A stretch of DNA of 64,000 bases from Candidatus Poribacteria bacterium (GTDB lineage Bacteria; Poribacteria; WGA-4E; PCPOR2b): the NCBI GenBank assembly GCA_965208675.1, contig OZ242351.1:576001-640000 (forward strand), given 5' to 3'. A program made the translations under genes and the position numbers. This document shows, piece by piece, positions 29,293 to 39,254 of this stretch (the stretch's first letter is position 1; each line of letters opens with the position of its first letter). The notes beneath the pieces were generated by a model, which saw only the letters and a list, made by a program, of their open reading frames with translations, did no database searches and had not been told where the DNA came from.

Positions 29293-30435
29293 TTGAAAAG
29301 CACATTCTTAAAAGACATGGCATTCCGCAAAGCCCGCATTGCAATGACTGCAATCGCTATCACTGTATTGATTGCACTAATTCTGATGTTGGGCGGAATT
29401 ATGAACGGCATGCGTATACAAGCACAGCAGTACGTCAAATCTACGGGGGCGGATATTTGGATTTCCGCGGAAGGCTCCGGTGGCGCGTTCGTTGGCTTTT
29501 CAATGCTCAACCCGGAGTATCTTGCCTATCTCAATAATGCCAAAGATCTGAAACCCGAATCTACATCACAACTCGTTTTTGCACAAGCGCGGCCTGTAAT
29601 CAGAGGTAAGACCGGCAAAGCCATTGTCGTAGGATATCAAAACGGAAAACTCGGCGGGCCCGTACGTTTAGTTGAAGGACGTTTGTTCACGCCGAGTCAA
29701 TACGAGGATTATCGGCCGGAAGATATCCCGTCACCAGAGGTTGTCATTGATGAAAAAATGGACCTCGAAATAGGCGAACGCCTATCGATCGGCGGCAGCA
29801 AACTTAAAGTCGTCGGCAAAGCCAAAAGCCTGATGTTTGTACTTGACACCCCGCTGTTATTTATGGATATCCGCACCGCGCAAAATGTGATGCTAGACAA
29901 CATACTGTATGTCAATATGATCATTTCAAAAGCCGCGGTTGGACGTCCGTCCGACGAAGTTGTGGGAGCCTTAAATCGATCGGATGCAGAATCGAAAATG
30001 ATTGAAGTTTATACGCTTAAGCAGACTATCGGGGACATACTTGAGACCTACGTAGATGAACCAATGAAGGCGGTTCAGTTCTTGCGCGCAATGCTGTGGT
30101 TAGCCACCGGAATTATCGTTGCCATGATAACTTACGTCACGACACTTGAAAAGACGCAGGAGTTTGGTACATTGAAAGCCATCGGCGCGTCAAATTCCTA
30201 TGTGATATCCCTGATTCTAAAGCAAGTCGCTTTAACTTCGCTGATTGGGATAATTTTTGGGCTTCTCTTATCGTTTATCTTTGCTGCTGCGGCTCCAATC
30301 TTTGTTTCAATCAACCCAGTCGAAGCGGTTATCGTGACGATTATCAGCTTCATTGTCTGCTGTAGCGGCGGTTACCTCGCTGGGCGAAAAGCAATTACTG
30401 TCGATCCGATGGTCGCATTCAGAGGAGAGGTTTAA
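29293..30435 (+). CDS. ABC transporter permease, MacB/FtsX type
   Basis: TM, periplasmic loop, 3 TM; EFGTLKAIGAS and DPMVAFR. Confidence 0.88.
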   Translation: MKSTFLKDMAFRKARIAMTAIAITVLIALILMLGGIMNGMRIQAQQYVKSTGADIWISAEGSGGAFVGFSMLNPEYLAYLNNAKDLKPESTSQLVFAQARPVIRGKTGKAIVVGYQNGKLGGPVRLVEGRLFTPSQYEDYRPEDIPSPEVVIDEKMDLEIGERLSIGGSKLKVVGKAKSLMFVLDTPLLFMDIRTAQNVMLDNILYVNMIISKAAVGRPSDEVVGALNRSDAESKMIEVYTLKQTIGDILETYVDEPMKAVQFLRAMLWLATGIIVAMITYVTTLEKTQEFGTLKAIGASNSYVISLILKQVALTSLIGIIFGLLLSFIFAAAAPIFVSINPVEAVIVTIISFIVCCSGGYLAGRKAITVDPMVAFRGEV

Positions 30436-31109
30436 TGGGAACAATTGTAGAGGGGAAAGGTTTAACGAAACACTTTGGGGAAGGCGATGCAACTGTCGTC
30501 GCTGTTGACCAAGTTGATATAGCCATTGAGACGGGTGAGTTGGTCATGATTATGGGTGATAGCGGTTGTGGCAAAACGACGTTAATCAGCCTTCTCGGCT
30601 GCATTCTCACACCCAGCGAAGGGGACATCCGCATAGATGGGAAGCCAATTGAATATGAACATCAAAATCTTTCTGTCATTCGTCGCGAGAGAATTGGTTT
30701 TGTGTTCCAGTTGTTTAATCTGATCCCTTACCTGACCGCAATTGAAAATGTAATCGTCGCCATGAACATCGCCGGAGTCAAAGGCTACAGCGCTGAGACA
30801 CGGGCGAGGGAGTTGCTCACTCGAGTCGGGTTGGAACAGCGCTTATTTCATCGTCCAGCACAGCTTTCGGGGGGTGAAAAACAGCGCGTTTCCTTTGCAC
30901 GGGCACTTGCCAACAGCCCCAAAATCATCTTTGCTGATGAACCTACAGCGAACCTTGATAGCCGTCAGAGTACAAATTTAATGAATCTTATCCGCGAACT
31001 ACGTCAAGAACACCAAACAACGATTGCGATTGTGACTCATCATGAAGGGCTGAAGCAGGATGCAGACCGTGTCATCCAGATGAAGGATGGACGAGTCGTA
31101 TCGAGTTAA
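30435..31109 (+). CDS. ABC transporter ATP-binding protein, LolD/MacB type
   Basis: GDSGCGKT, IGFVFQ.FNL, LSGGEKQR, ADEPTANLD, VTH. Confidence 0.93.
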   Translation: MGTIVEGKGLTKHFGEGDATVVAVDQVDIAIETGELVMIMGDSGCGKTTLISLLGCILTPSEGDIRIDGKPIEYEHQNLSVIRRERIGFVFQLFNLIPYLTAIENVIVAMNIAGVKGYSAETRARELLTRVGLEQRLFHRPAQLSGGEKQRVSFARALANSPKIIFADEPTANLDSRQSTNLMNLIRELRQEHQTTIAIVTHHEGLKQDADRVIQMKDGRVVSS

Positions 31110-31193
31110 AAAAATCGTGCGCCGAGTGAATTTGCTTACCGTGTAGGGATTCGGTTAGATTAGTCGATGCGATTTCAGGCATGAGCATAAGTT

Positions 31194-32609
31194 ATGAGTC
31201 GAAACGACTTTATCGTGTTTTGGGTCGTTAATTTGCTACTTCCTTGTACCATTCAGGTTTTTGGGCAAGTAGGGTCAAGCGAAGTCCCGCAAGCCGAGAA
31301 TGAGTCCGCATTATACGAGTCGCCGCCAGGATTGGAAGAGGCAACCCTCCAGCAAACTAACCTTTCCGGAGTTGGATTAACCGTCATCAACGAAGATCCG
31401 TTCTTCCGAATGCAGTTGCAACCGGAGGTCAACCTTGGCAAAATTGGGTTTGGGTTGGGTATCGTGGTTTTGTACAATCCAAGCGCAGAAAAGGACGAGG
31501 ATAAAGTCTTTACTGAGGATGCTGAGAACTGGGACAATCCCAGTTCCTATCTGCGAACCGTCCGGTATGTGCGCTATGGACACCTCGGCGATTCGTTCTA
31601 CACCCGATTCGGTGAATTGGACTACGTCACTATTGCGTATGGATTCATCATGTCCGGATATTCCAACCACGATCGGCGTGGATTGCGCCTGAACCTAAGC
31701 AATGACACTAAGAAATACGGTGTAGAGACTGTCATAAACAACGTCCAAAATCCGACAGTGTTCGGTGGGAGGACATACATTCGTCCACTGCAGAAAGAGC
31801 ATGAGTCGGCAATCCTCAACCGTCTGGAATTCGGGGGTACTTATCTGACTGATATTGACCCATCATGGGGCAATCAGAATGAAGATCCGCTCGTGGCGTT
31901 AGGTGTGGATGTCGGACTCCCGATAATTCACAACAGGCTGATGCGGGTAAACTTGTACGATGAAGTTGCCTTCCTCAATACGAAACCGACTTCAGATTCA
32001 TCCGGCATGATTGAACTCGCAAGGGGAAACGCCATCGGGATCGGTTTATCTATTTTTCAAGCCTTGTTCAAAGTGGAGTATCGGACGTTTGGCGAGGCAT
32101 TCCGTCCTACCATTTTTGACTACACCTATGATGCGGCTAAGGCAAATGTAGAAGACTTTCTAGGGAAGGATCCAAACACCCAAATTGACGGGCCAGGACG
32201 CGGATTCTTCTCACTGCTAGCCTGGCGGCCGACTCCAATGGTACATCTGCTAGGCACATTTGAAGATTACAATACGACCGAGCCGAAGTTATACATCGGC
32301 GTTACTGAATCTGGCCTGGTAGATAAGATGTCGTTCAGAGCGTTTTATGTCAAGCGTAACATCGGCGGACCGGATACGGGATACCCGGATGGCATCGGTA
32401 GCAAAGACCCATTATTCTTCGAAGATCTGTTCCGTCTTGATGAAAAATCCGCGTTCACCGTGCGGATTGGGTATGAAGCGTATGCACCCATTGAGGTGGC
32501 AGTTATCCGAGAGTTTCGGTTCCGGCAGGTGGAAAAACCGGATAAGAGTTTTGGCTTCGAGCCAATTCGGAAAACCACAGTCGAGGTAGGAGTGAATCTC
32601 AAGTTCTAA
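31194..32609 (+). CDS. Hypothetical exported protein, probable outer-membrane beta-barrel
   Basis: Signal peptide, Gly/aromatic beta strands, terminal VEVGVNLKF. Confidence 0.7.
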   Translation: MSRNDFIVFWVVNLLLPCTIQVFGQVGSSEVPQAENESALYESPPGLEEATLQQTNLSGVGLTVINEDPFFRMQLQPEVNLGKIGFGLGIVVLYNPSAEKDEDKVFTEDAENWDNPSSYLRTVRYVRYGHLGDSFYTRFGELDYVTIAYGFIMSGYSNHDRRGLRLNLSNDTKKYGVETVINNVQNPTVFGGRTYIRPLQKEHESAILNRLEFGGTYLTDIDPSWGNQNEDPLVALGVDVGLPIIHNRLMRVNLYDEVAFLNTKPTSDSSGMIELARGNAIGIGLSIFQALFKVEYRTFGEAFRPTIFDYTYDAAKANVEDFLGKDPNTQIDGPGRGFFSLLAWRPTPMVHLLGTFEDYNTTEPKLYIGVTESGLVDKMSFRAFYVKRNIGGPDTGYPDGIGSKDPLFFEDLFRLDEKSAFTVRIGYEAYAPIEVAVIREFRFRQVEKPDKSFGFEPIRKTTVEVGVNLKF

Positions 32610-32656
32610 GCCGGAAGCGGGGGACAATTTGAAAGAAGGATTTACCCCTTATCAAA

Positions 32657-33442
32657 GTGCATTCATCGCTGCTGGAGAAATGGACCGAAACACAAATACG
32701 CGTGATGAATAGATGGTTAGAAAGCCTAATCACGTTTATCTACCCCGCAAAATGTCGATGCTGCGAAATGCCTATGGGCGTCGGTGGCGTCCACTACATC
32801 TGCGACAGCTGTTGGGAAAAAATTGAGTTTCTGTCAACACCGTGGTGCGGAATCTGCGGTACACCGATCAACGCTAGTGCATCATATAATAACGATGTAT
32901 GTGCAGATTGCCGAAAGCAGCCGCCGTGGTATGGCAAACGCCGTGCCATCGCATATTATGAACCCACTGTGCGTGGGGCTATCCATCTCTTTAAGTACGA
33001 AAAAAAGCGAATTCTGGCAAAACACCTGAATCAGTTAATTCAAGCGCATCTTCCCACGGATCTCTACGCCGCCGACTATGATTTTTTAATCCCAATCCCG
33101 CTTCATACTCGTCGGCAACGCGATAGAGGATTTAACCAATCTGAACAGATTGCCCAGAGTATTGCGGAGATCTGGCACGTGCCAGTCCGGATGGATATCC
33201 TTTTTCGCATTAAAGACACTGCGCCGCAAAGCAGCATGAATTCTCGCGAGGAACGTATTGAAAACATCGCTGACGCCTTTGAAGTCCGCTCGATAGAAAC
33301 CATTACCAATCAACGAATATTGCTAGTCGATGACATCTATACAACAGGTACAACCGTAGACGAAGCGTCAAGGGTTCTCCTGACCGGGAACCCTACTGAA
33401 GTCGATATATTGACGCTTGCCCGAACGAGACCGGCCAGATAA
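32657..33442 (+). CDS. comF: ComF family protein (double zinc ribbon plus phosphoribosyltransferase domain)
   Basis: Four CxxC pairs, PIPLH...RGFNQS, LLVDDIYTTGTT. Start may be 32705. Confidence 0.9.
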   Translation: MHSSLLEKWTETQIRVMNRWLESLITFIYPAKCRCCEMPMGVGGVHYICDSCWEKIEFLSTPWCGICGTPINASASYNNDVCADCRKQPPWYGKRRAIAYYEPTVRGAIHLFKYEKKRILAKHLNQLIQAHLPTDLYAADYDFLIPIPLHTRRQRDRGFNQSEQIAQSIAEIWHVPVRMDILFRIKDTAPQSSMNSREERIENIADAFEVRSIETITNQRILLVDDIYTTGTTVDEASRVLLTGNPTEVDILTLARTRPAR

Positions 33443-33461
33443 TAATTTTGGAGATTTCAAG

Positions 33462-34169
33462 ATGAAACTTCTAATCACTTCTGCAGCTTCTGATTTAGGT
33501 CAAACATTAGCGGCAACTTTCTCCAGTAAATATCAGGTTCGCTTGACAGACCTGGTTGATGTCGAAACCGATCTCGAGTTCGTCCGCAGCGATCTCGGTC
33601 ATGGTGAGGCGACTAACGAGCTAGTGCGGGGAATAGATACCATAATCCATCTAGCGGCGTTGCCCCCCGTCCTGCTTTCAGAATCATGCGATGCAGCAAA
33701 TTTGGAAATCGACTTTTTAACGCGGTGCACCTACAACTTGCTGTTAGCTTCCGCTGCCGAGAATGTATCGCATGTCATCTACGCGAGTACACTAGGCCTA
33801 ATGGAGCAGTATGATGAAGATTGGACTGTCACTGAATGCTGGCGTCCGCTGCCCACAACAGACGCTTGCACGCTCTCTAAGCACCTCGGCGAATTCGTGT
33901 GCCGCGAATTTGCCCGCGAAGGATTGATCAACATCACTTGTCTTAGATTAGGTGCACTAGTCACCGAAGCCAAAGTCTCAAACCAACCATTTGACGCGGC
34001 ATGGCTTGAACTGAAAGACGCAGTCCACGTATTTGAGTGTGCGCTAAACGCGCCTGCCGCAAAGTGGGAAATATTCCACGTCCAATCGGAATATCCAGAT
34101 TCACGCTTTTCCATCCTCAAGGCGAAGGATTCCCTAAAATTCAATCCGCAGTTTTCTTTTGAAAGGTGA
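33462..34169 (+). CDS. NAD-dependent epimerase/dehydratase family protein (degenerate motifs)
   Basis: MKLLITSAASDLG, IIHLAA, YAST, LSKHLGE, CLRLG. Confidence 0.8.
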   Translation: MKLLITSAASDLGQTLAATFSSKYQVRLTDLVDVETDLEFVRSDLGHGEATNELVRGIDTIIHLAALPPVLLSESCDAANLEIDFLTRCTYNLLLASAAENVSHVIYASTLGLMEQYDEDWTVTECWRPLPTTDACTLSKHLGEFVCREFAREGLINITCLRLGALVTEAKVSNQPFDAAWLELKDAVHVFECALNAPAAKWEIFHVQSEYPDSRFSILKAKDSLKFNPQFSFER

Positions 34170-34172
34170 ACA

Positions 34173-34904
34173 ATGAAAGTACTGATTTTGGGCGGACACG
34201 GTTTTTTGGGCCCACATCTCGTGACGGCATTAGAGCCATATCATCATCTGCGCATCACAGATATCAAACCGATTGAGACCGAACATGAATCAATGCACGT
34301 TGACGTTGGATCGCTGGATGAAGTTTTGAAAGCTGCGGAGGGGATGGACGCTATCATCAACTGTTCGGTTTTGCGTGAGGATCGCCAACTCGCGTTTGAT
34401 GTGAACACACGCGGCTGCTACAACACCATGTGCGCCGCAGTAAAACACGGAATTCAGAGAGTGATTAACACCGGTCCGCATTTTACGATCCAAGGAAGTT
34501 CTTACACGGACTTCGACTACGAAATCAATCCGGATGTGCCTCCGCATCCGGGCACACTCCTTTATGCAATCTCAAAAGGACTCGGGCAGGAAATTTGTAA
34601 AGTTTTCACGGAGAATCATGACATTTATGTGCTCTGTTTTCTCTTTCTAGCGTTCCATTCCCATGATGTTGTGGGTGAAGGCACAGATATCAATTCGTTC
34701 TCTGTCTCGTGGCGAGATGCGGCAGAGGTATTCAGGTTGGGATTGGAGATTGACCTTGCCGAGCTTCCGTCGCGGTGCGAGGTTTTTAATATCTTTTCCA
34801 ATCTTCCGCATCGGCAATTCTCTAACGACAAAGCAAAACGGATTCTCGGTTTCAACCCGCAAGACAACTTTGAAAAGAGGTGGCAAAAAAAGCGGGAATC
34901 GTAA
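34173..34904 (+). CDS. NAD(P)-dependent oxidoreductase, extended SDR (uronate-dehydrogenase-like)
   Basis: GGHGFLG Rossmann motif, VNTRG.YN, catalytic YAISK. Confidence 0.87.
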   Translation: MKVLILGGHGFLGPHLVTALEPYHHLRITDIKPIETEHESMHVDVGSLDEVLKAAEGMDAIINCSVLREDRQLAFDVNTRGCYNTMCAAVKHGIQRVINTGPHFTIQGSSYTDFDYEINPDVPPHPGTLLYAISKGLGQEICKVFTENHDIYVLCFLFLAFHSHDVVGEGTDINSFSVSWRDAAEVFRLGLEIDLAELPSRCEVFNIFSNLPHRQFSNDKAKRILGFNPQDNFEKRWQKKRES

Positions 34905-35111
34905 CATCTGAAAATACGATTTTCACATCATCAGTTGATTTTCAACGGTTTTATCATCAAATAGCGTGTCTAGGTCAATTACCATTAAAATTAAGCCGAT
35001 TGGAATCGATACGATTATTAGGAAAGCCCTGAGAATAACCCTGAATACATCTTGAGTTTGTCGATGGGAACGACCACACTAACATAAAATCTTCCTATTC
35101 TACGCGGATTG

Positions 35112-35693
35112 TCATGGCCTTATTATCCGCTCTTTTCCATTTTTGCTTAATAGCCCGACTTCACCGTCGCCATATTCATTTATGATTAAGGCAGCTGCAG
35201 GTACCCCATCTTTACCTAAGACGGCTACAGCCCCGTTGCCATGTTGATTAACGCCTATGCCAGCTGCAACCTTACCATCGTTACCGTTGACCTCGACAAC
35301 CCCGTCACCATGTTCACCAACGCCCAAGGTAACTCTACGATTCCTATCGTTACCTAAGACACCTACAATCCCATCGCCATTTTCATCAACGCTTACCGCA
35401 ACTCTAGGCTTGCTATCGTAACCGTTGACGAGTACAGCACCGCTGCCAATGTGGTTAATGCCTATGAGCACTTTAACCGCATCATCCTTACCTAAGACGG
35501 CTACGGCCCCACCACCAGTTTCACCAGGACCTAACCACGCCTTTACTTCGCCGTTGACGTCGACTACCTTCAACTTTGTACACTCAATTTCCCCGAATTT
35601 ATCTTTTTGCGCATTGAGCGGCGAAATTATCATGCCTAATGCAACTAACGCACCGCCGATGGCGATGTAAGCGACTTTATGGATCGTATTCAT
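35112..35693 (-). CDS. Exported hypothetical protein built from about six 23-aa Gly/Val-rich repeats
   Basis: GGAGG RBS before ATG 35693; signal/TM; FGEIECTKLKVVD..G followed by G.G.V.V.G.D repeats. Confidence 0.8.
   Translation of the reverse strand: MNTIHKVAYIAIGGALVALGMIISPLNAQKDKFGEIECTKLKVVDVNGEVKAWLGPGETGGGAVAVLGKDDAVKVLIGINHIGSGAVLVNGYDSKPRVAVSVDENGDGIVGVLGNDRNRRVTLGVGEHGDGVVEVNGNDGKVAAGIGVNQHGNGAVAVLGKDGVPAAALIINEYGDGEVGLLSKNGKERIIRP
35143..35510. repeat. 69-bp tandem coding repeats (about 6 units)
   Basis: Related motifs start at 35143, 35212, 35281, 35350, 35419 and 35488; TTACCTAAGACGGCTAC(A/G)GCCCC occurs at 35212 and 35488. Confidence 0.85.
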
Positions 35694-36064
35694 TGCGAAC
35701 CTCCGTAGTAAGTTGTATTTAAGATAAAATGGACGAGTTTTCATCGCGGATTGTTAATTCTTTTGCGAATCAACATGATGGTTAAACAGACGATGATTGG
35801 ATTGAGGCTTACGAGGGCGACGCCGACAGCACCGAGCAAGACACTAACAATGCCAATTCAACTCCGCGGCCCGGTACTTTTTGTACTCGTCAATATTAAC
35901 GCCGCAAAAATTGCTACCCACTATCGTAGTTGGGTTTGCCTGAGAGTAGGATCTTCGCAGGGTTGTAAGCGTCGTAAAGACAAAGGGACACAATGGTCCA
36001 GATTCAACTTAAAAGTATGACGGCGATGATGCCGCATAATATGCTCGTCAGCAACTGCACAATT

Positions 36065-36502
36065 CTATTCATATTTCAGATGGTGTGTCAATAAACGTAC
36101 TGACACTCCATCCTTATTTTTACTAAAATGAGAAATAAGCTCTACCATTTTGCCTATTATTTCAGCGGCAGATGTGGTCTTGCACACGCTTATGCGACAG
36201 TATTTCATCCTTTGCCAAGCATCAGGTGTTTCTTGGTGCTGTGGCGACATGTCAGACAAATACGAAAATTTGCCAGATTTGGCTTCGTTTACGAATAGGT
36301 CGCCATGGTTTTCAAATAATTCTTCGCACAACAGAGGTAACATCTCATTCCAATTATACACTTCAAAGGCCCGATCAAGTTCACGTTTGCTGTTGTTATA
36401 AGTAACACCTAGGGCTATTGGCTTGTATTCGCCAAGTTTAATTTCTTCCCTGCGTATGGTTAAGCTATTAATGTGTTTGCTTTTCTCCCCGGTTGTTTTC
36501 AT
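36065..36502 (-). CDS. Hypothetical protein (AT-rich), possibly a restriction-system accessory domain
   Basis: 145-aa ORF with AAGAAGG RBS directly after a decayed HNH gene. Confidence 0.55.
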   Translation of the reverse strand: MKTTGEKSKHINSLTIRREEIKLGEYKPIALGVTYNNSKRELDRAFEVYNWNEMLPLLCEELFENHGDLFVNEAKSGKFSYLSDMSPQHQETPDAWQRMKYCRISVCKTTSAAEIIGKMVELISHFSKNKDGVSVRLLTHHLKYE

Positions 36503-36512
36503 GTTAACCTTC

Positions 36513-36803
36513 TTAAACTGATGTTGGTCGTGATTTAAGGTACTTCATGTCGCGGTCAATTTTGATGACGTTGTCAGCACCGCAGAAGAACTGTAGGTTG
36601 CCCTATGTATCCTGTCATCCTCTGGATTTGGGCAGGATGCTGTTTACGTGGAAGTGGCAGAACACAAAGTAAAAATTGCAGCCGTTGCGTTCGTCCTCCT
36701 ATAGCTCGTGGAGTTTGTATTTGAAGTCTCTCGATCTTACGATGTTCCCAGTTCAATTCGGGAGATTAGACCGATGGATTATCTCATAGATGCGGGTGCT
36801 CAT
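36513..36803 (-). pseudogene. Decayed HNH endonuclease domain
   Basis: Single frame: MSTRIYEIIHRSNLPN*TGNIVRSRDFKYKLHEL*EDERNGCNFYFVFCHFHVNSILPKSRG*QDT*GNLQFFCGADNVIKIDRDMKYLKSRPTSV*, matching the HNH pattern (C..C...DHI.P.S.GG.D...NLQ..C..CN..K) with four internal stops. Confidence 0.75.
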
Positions 36804-36854
36804 GTCGGAGAGCAGGTTTGTGAACTCGCGTTAGGAGTGAATCTTATGCGCAAA

Positions 36855-37847
36855 TCACACTGGAAACAACAATTGCTGATCGAAGAAAACCTTGCTGACA
36901 GAACGATGTTGGTGAATCCTCAAGATGGCTTCAGCGACCAGCGGCGCGATCGAAAGCACCTTAATTTTTCCGTTTAATTGTTTTTCAGCGGGAACAGGAA
37001 TCGTATTGGTGACGACCACCTCTTGGATGCCGGGGTGACTTAGCCGTTCAATTGCAGAACCGACGAGTACGGGATGGGTAACGCTTATATATGAGGGATT
37101 AGCGCCCGCTTTGGATAGTGCTTCGACCTGTTTGTAAATCGTACCGCCAGTCGCAATTTCATCGTCAATAATTATGGGGGTTTTGCCCGCGACATCACCG
37201 ACGAGTTCAACGAACTCAACCTGCTGACCGCCCACGCCGCTGCGCCGTTTGTGCATTAAGGCCAACGGTAGTTCGAGCATATCCATGTACTTTTCTGCTA
37301 ACTTTGCGCGTCCAACGTCAGGGGAGGCAATAACTCCATTTTCGATATGCTTCTCTCTGAAATAGTTCACCAATGTTGCGACAGCAGTTAAATGATCCAT
37401 AGGAATATCGAAGAAACCTTGAATCTGCGATGCGTGTAGGTCCAGTGCCACGACACGATTCGCGCCGGCGGTGGTCAATAGATCTGCAACCAACTTTGCG
37501 CTAATCGGTTCCCGTCCAGTGGTTTTGTGGTCCTGGCGGGCGTAACCAAAGTACGGAATAACAGCGGTAATCTGTCTTGCAGATGCACGTTTCATTGCGT
37601 CGATGGTAAGGAGTAATTCCATCAAGTGGTCGTTAGCTGGTTCGCACGTTGGTTGAATGACATAAATATCCGTACCGCGAATACTTTCTTCAATTTGGAC
37701 GCTGGTCTCGCTGTTTGGGAATGGACGGATTGAAATCCTGCCAAGCTCAACGTCCAGAATGGCAGCGACCTCCTTTGAAAACTCCGGATTCGCACGCCCT
37801 GAGAATAATCTGAAATCGCTGCCAACCCTTTCCATTTTCATGGACAT
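36855..37847 (-). CDS. prs: Ribose-phosphate pyrophosphokinase
   Basis: FSGRANP, PYFGYARQD, DLHASQIQGFF, SPDVG, IIDDEIATGGT, VTNTIP. Confidence 0.96.
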   Translation of the reverse strand: MSMKMERVGSDFRLFSGRANPEFSKEVAAILDVELGRISIRPFPNSETSVQIEESIRGTDIYVIQPTCEPANDHLMELLLTIDAMKRASARQITAVIPYFGYARQDHKTTGREPISAKLVADLLTTAGANRVVALDLHASQIQGFFDIPMDHLTAVATLVNYFREKHIENGVIASPDVGRAKLAEKYMDMLELPLALMHKRRSGVGGQQVEFVELVGDVAGKTPIIIDDEIATGGTIYKQVEALSKAGANPSYISVTHPVLVGSAIERLSHPGIQEVVVTNTIPVPAEKQLNGKIKVLSIAPLVAEAILRIHQHRSVSKVFFDQQLLFPV

Positions 37848-37910
37848 ATTACTATAACCTCCGTGATTTTTTCGTGCTTATCGCATTGGAATGAGGCACA
37901 CACCCAATGC

Positions 37911-38429
37911 CTAACCAATGTTCATTCTATGCGGTAATCCCCACTGAAAAACAATTTCAGGCGGGAAAACACATGATTCAATTTCGGAAATCAGATTTTG
38001 TAGCATATTCCTTGCCTTCTCTGCTACATCGCCCCGTATCCAATTGTGCAAAATCGCGTTCTCAAATTCATCTTCATCATGAAGTTGATATCTTCCATCC
38101 GGCGAAACCCACAAATCCAAAAATAAATCTGTAATTTCGAAATGCGTTTTTGTTCGATTCATCGGCATAATTATGTCACAGTAATAGCCCGTGAGTTTAT
38201 TGTTAAGATCATAAATCTTGCCAATGTCATACCATCGGTTGGCGAAGACAAACCAAATGGCGGTAAAGTTATCCCCAAGCACAGTTACTCCGTCAATCAC
38301 GATTGGCTTTGAAGGCTTGACCTGCTGAAGGGTTACGATTAAGTCCTTGTCTTCATAAAGCAAGTCCTGTTGAAAATGGCTAACGCGATCCGGTAAACGT
38401 CTGTAGATTAGTTCGATAGTCTGCGTCAT
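37911..38429 (-). CDS. DUF402 domain protein
   Basis: WYDIG, GYYCDI, TDLFLDLWV.PDG...HDEDEF..A. Confidence 0.85.
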   Translation of the reverse strand: MTQTIELIYRRLPDRVSHFQQDLLYEDKDLIVTLQQVKPSKPIVIDGVTVLGDNFTAIWFVFANRWYDIGKIYDLNNKLTGYYCDIIMPMNRTKTHFEITDLFLDLWVSPDGRYQLHDEDEFENAILHNWIRGDVAEKARNMLQNLISEIESCVFPPEIVFQWGLPHRMNIG

Positions 38430-39047
38430 TTAAACTGTTGTTGCTCTCACGGCGTCAATAAATGCCTTGATTTTGGCAGGATCTTTACGGCCCGGGCTTA
38501 TTTCAACGCCGCTGCTGACATCAACACCATACGGACGCACCTGCAGAATCGCTGACGCAATGTTTTCGGGATTTAGCCCCCCAGCCAAAATGATTCGACC
38601 ATATTGTCTTGCCTTTACTGCTAGGTTCCAATCGAAAACTCTACCTGTGCCGCCCATTGCCCCTCTGACATAAGCATCCAATAAATACGCGCTGACGCGA
38701 AAATCGCCCAAACGAGACAGGTTCGATTCGTCTTTAACACGGAATGCTTTGACAACTTTTCGTTTCAATGATAAGCATAATTCCGGCGGCTCTTCACCGT
38801 GTAATTGTATCGCATCTAAAGAACAGTCGTTTGCAACCTTATTAATTTCGCTCAGTTCGGCGTTAACGAACAGTCCGACGGTTGTAATGAAGGGAGGTAA
38901 ATCTTCGATAATTTTTGCGGCTTCATCGGGATGGAGATATCGGGGTGTGTTTGGGACAAAAATAAAACCGAGCGCATCTGCACCTGCCTCCACCGCAATC
39001 AATGCATCGACAAGGTTCGTTATTCCACATATTTTGATGCGAGTCAA
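38430..39047 (-). CDS. trpF: Phosphoribosylanthranilate isomerase
   Basis: KICGIT, GADALGF, QLHG.E, GGTG..FDW, LAGGL, GVDVSSGVE. Confidence 0.96.
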   Translation of the reverse strand: MTRIKICGITNLVDALIAVEAGADALGFIFVPNTPRYLHPDEAAKIIEDLPPFITTVGLFVNAELSEINKVANDCSLDAIQLHGEEPPELCLSLKRKVVKAFRVKDESNLSRLGDFRVSAYLLDAYVRGAMGGTGRVFDWNLAVKARQYGRIILAGGLNPENIASAILQVRPYGVDVSSGVEISPGRKDPAKIKAFIDAVRATTV

Positions 39048-39254
39048 CGTGCAATCCTCGGTTCTTATCGGTTTTCCTTTGTAATCTTATTGTAACAAAT
39101 TGTCAAAGTATAGATCAAGCCATAAGTCATTCAAAGATTCAAACTTTCATTTAAAAAAATCTGACATTTTTCTCGTTTGAATTGACTCCCCATTTCTAAA
39201 CTCGTTAAAATTCTCAAGCTCATCTCAGTTGAATCTAACTAAATAAACTGTCAA

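Noticed and set aside
35742-36020. 89-aa plus-strand ORF and a short hydrophobic minus-strand frame
   Set aside because: No RBS or recognisable motif; probably debris of the accessory islet.
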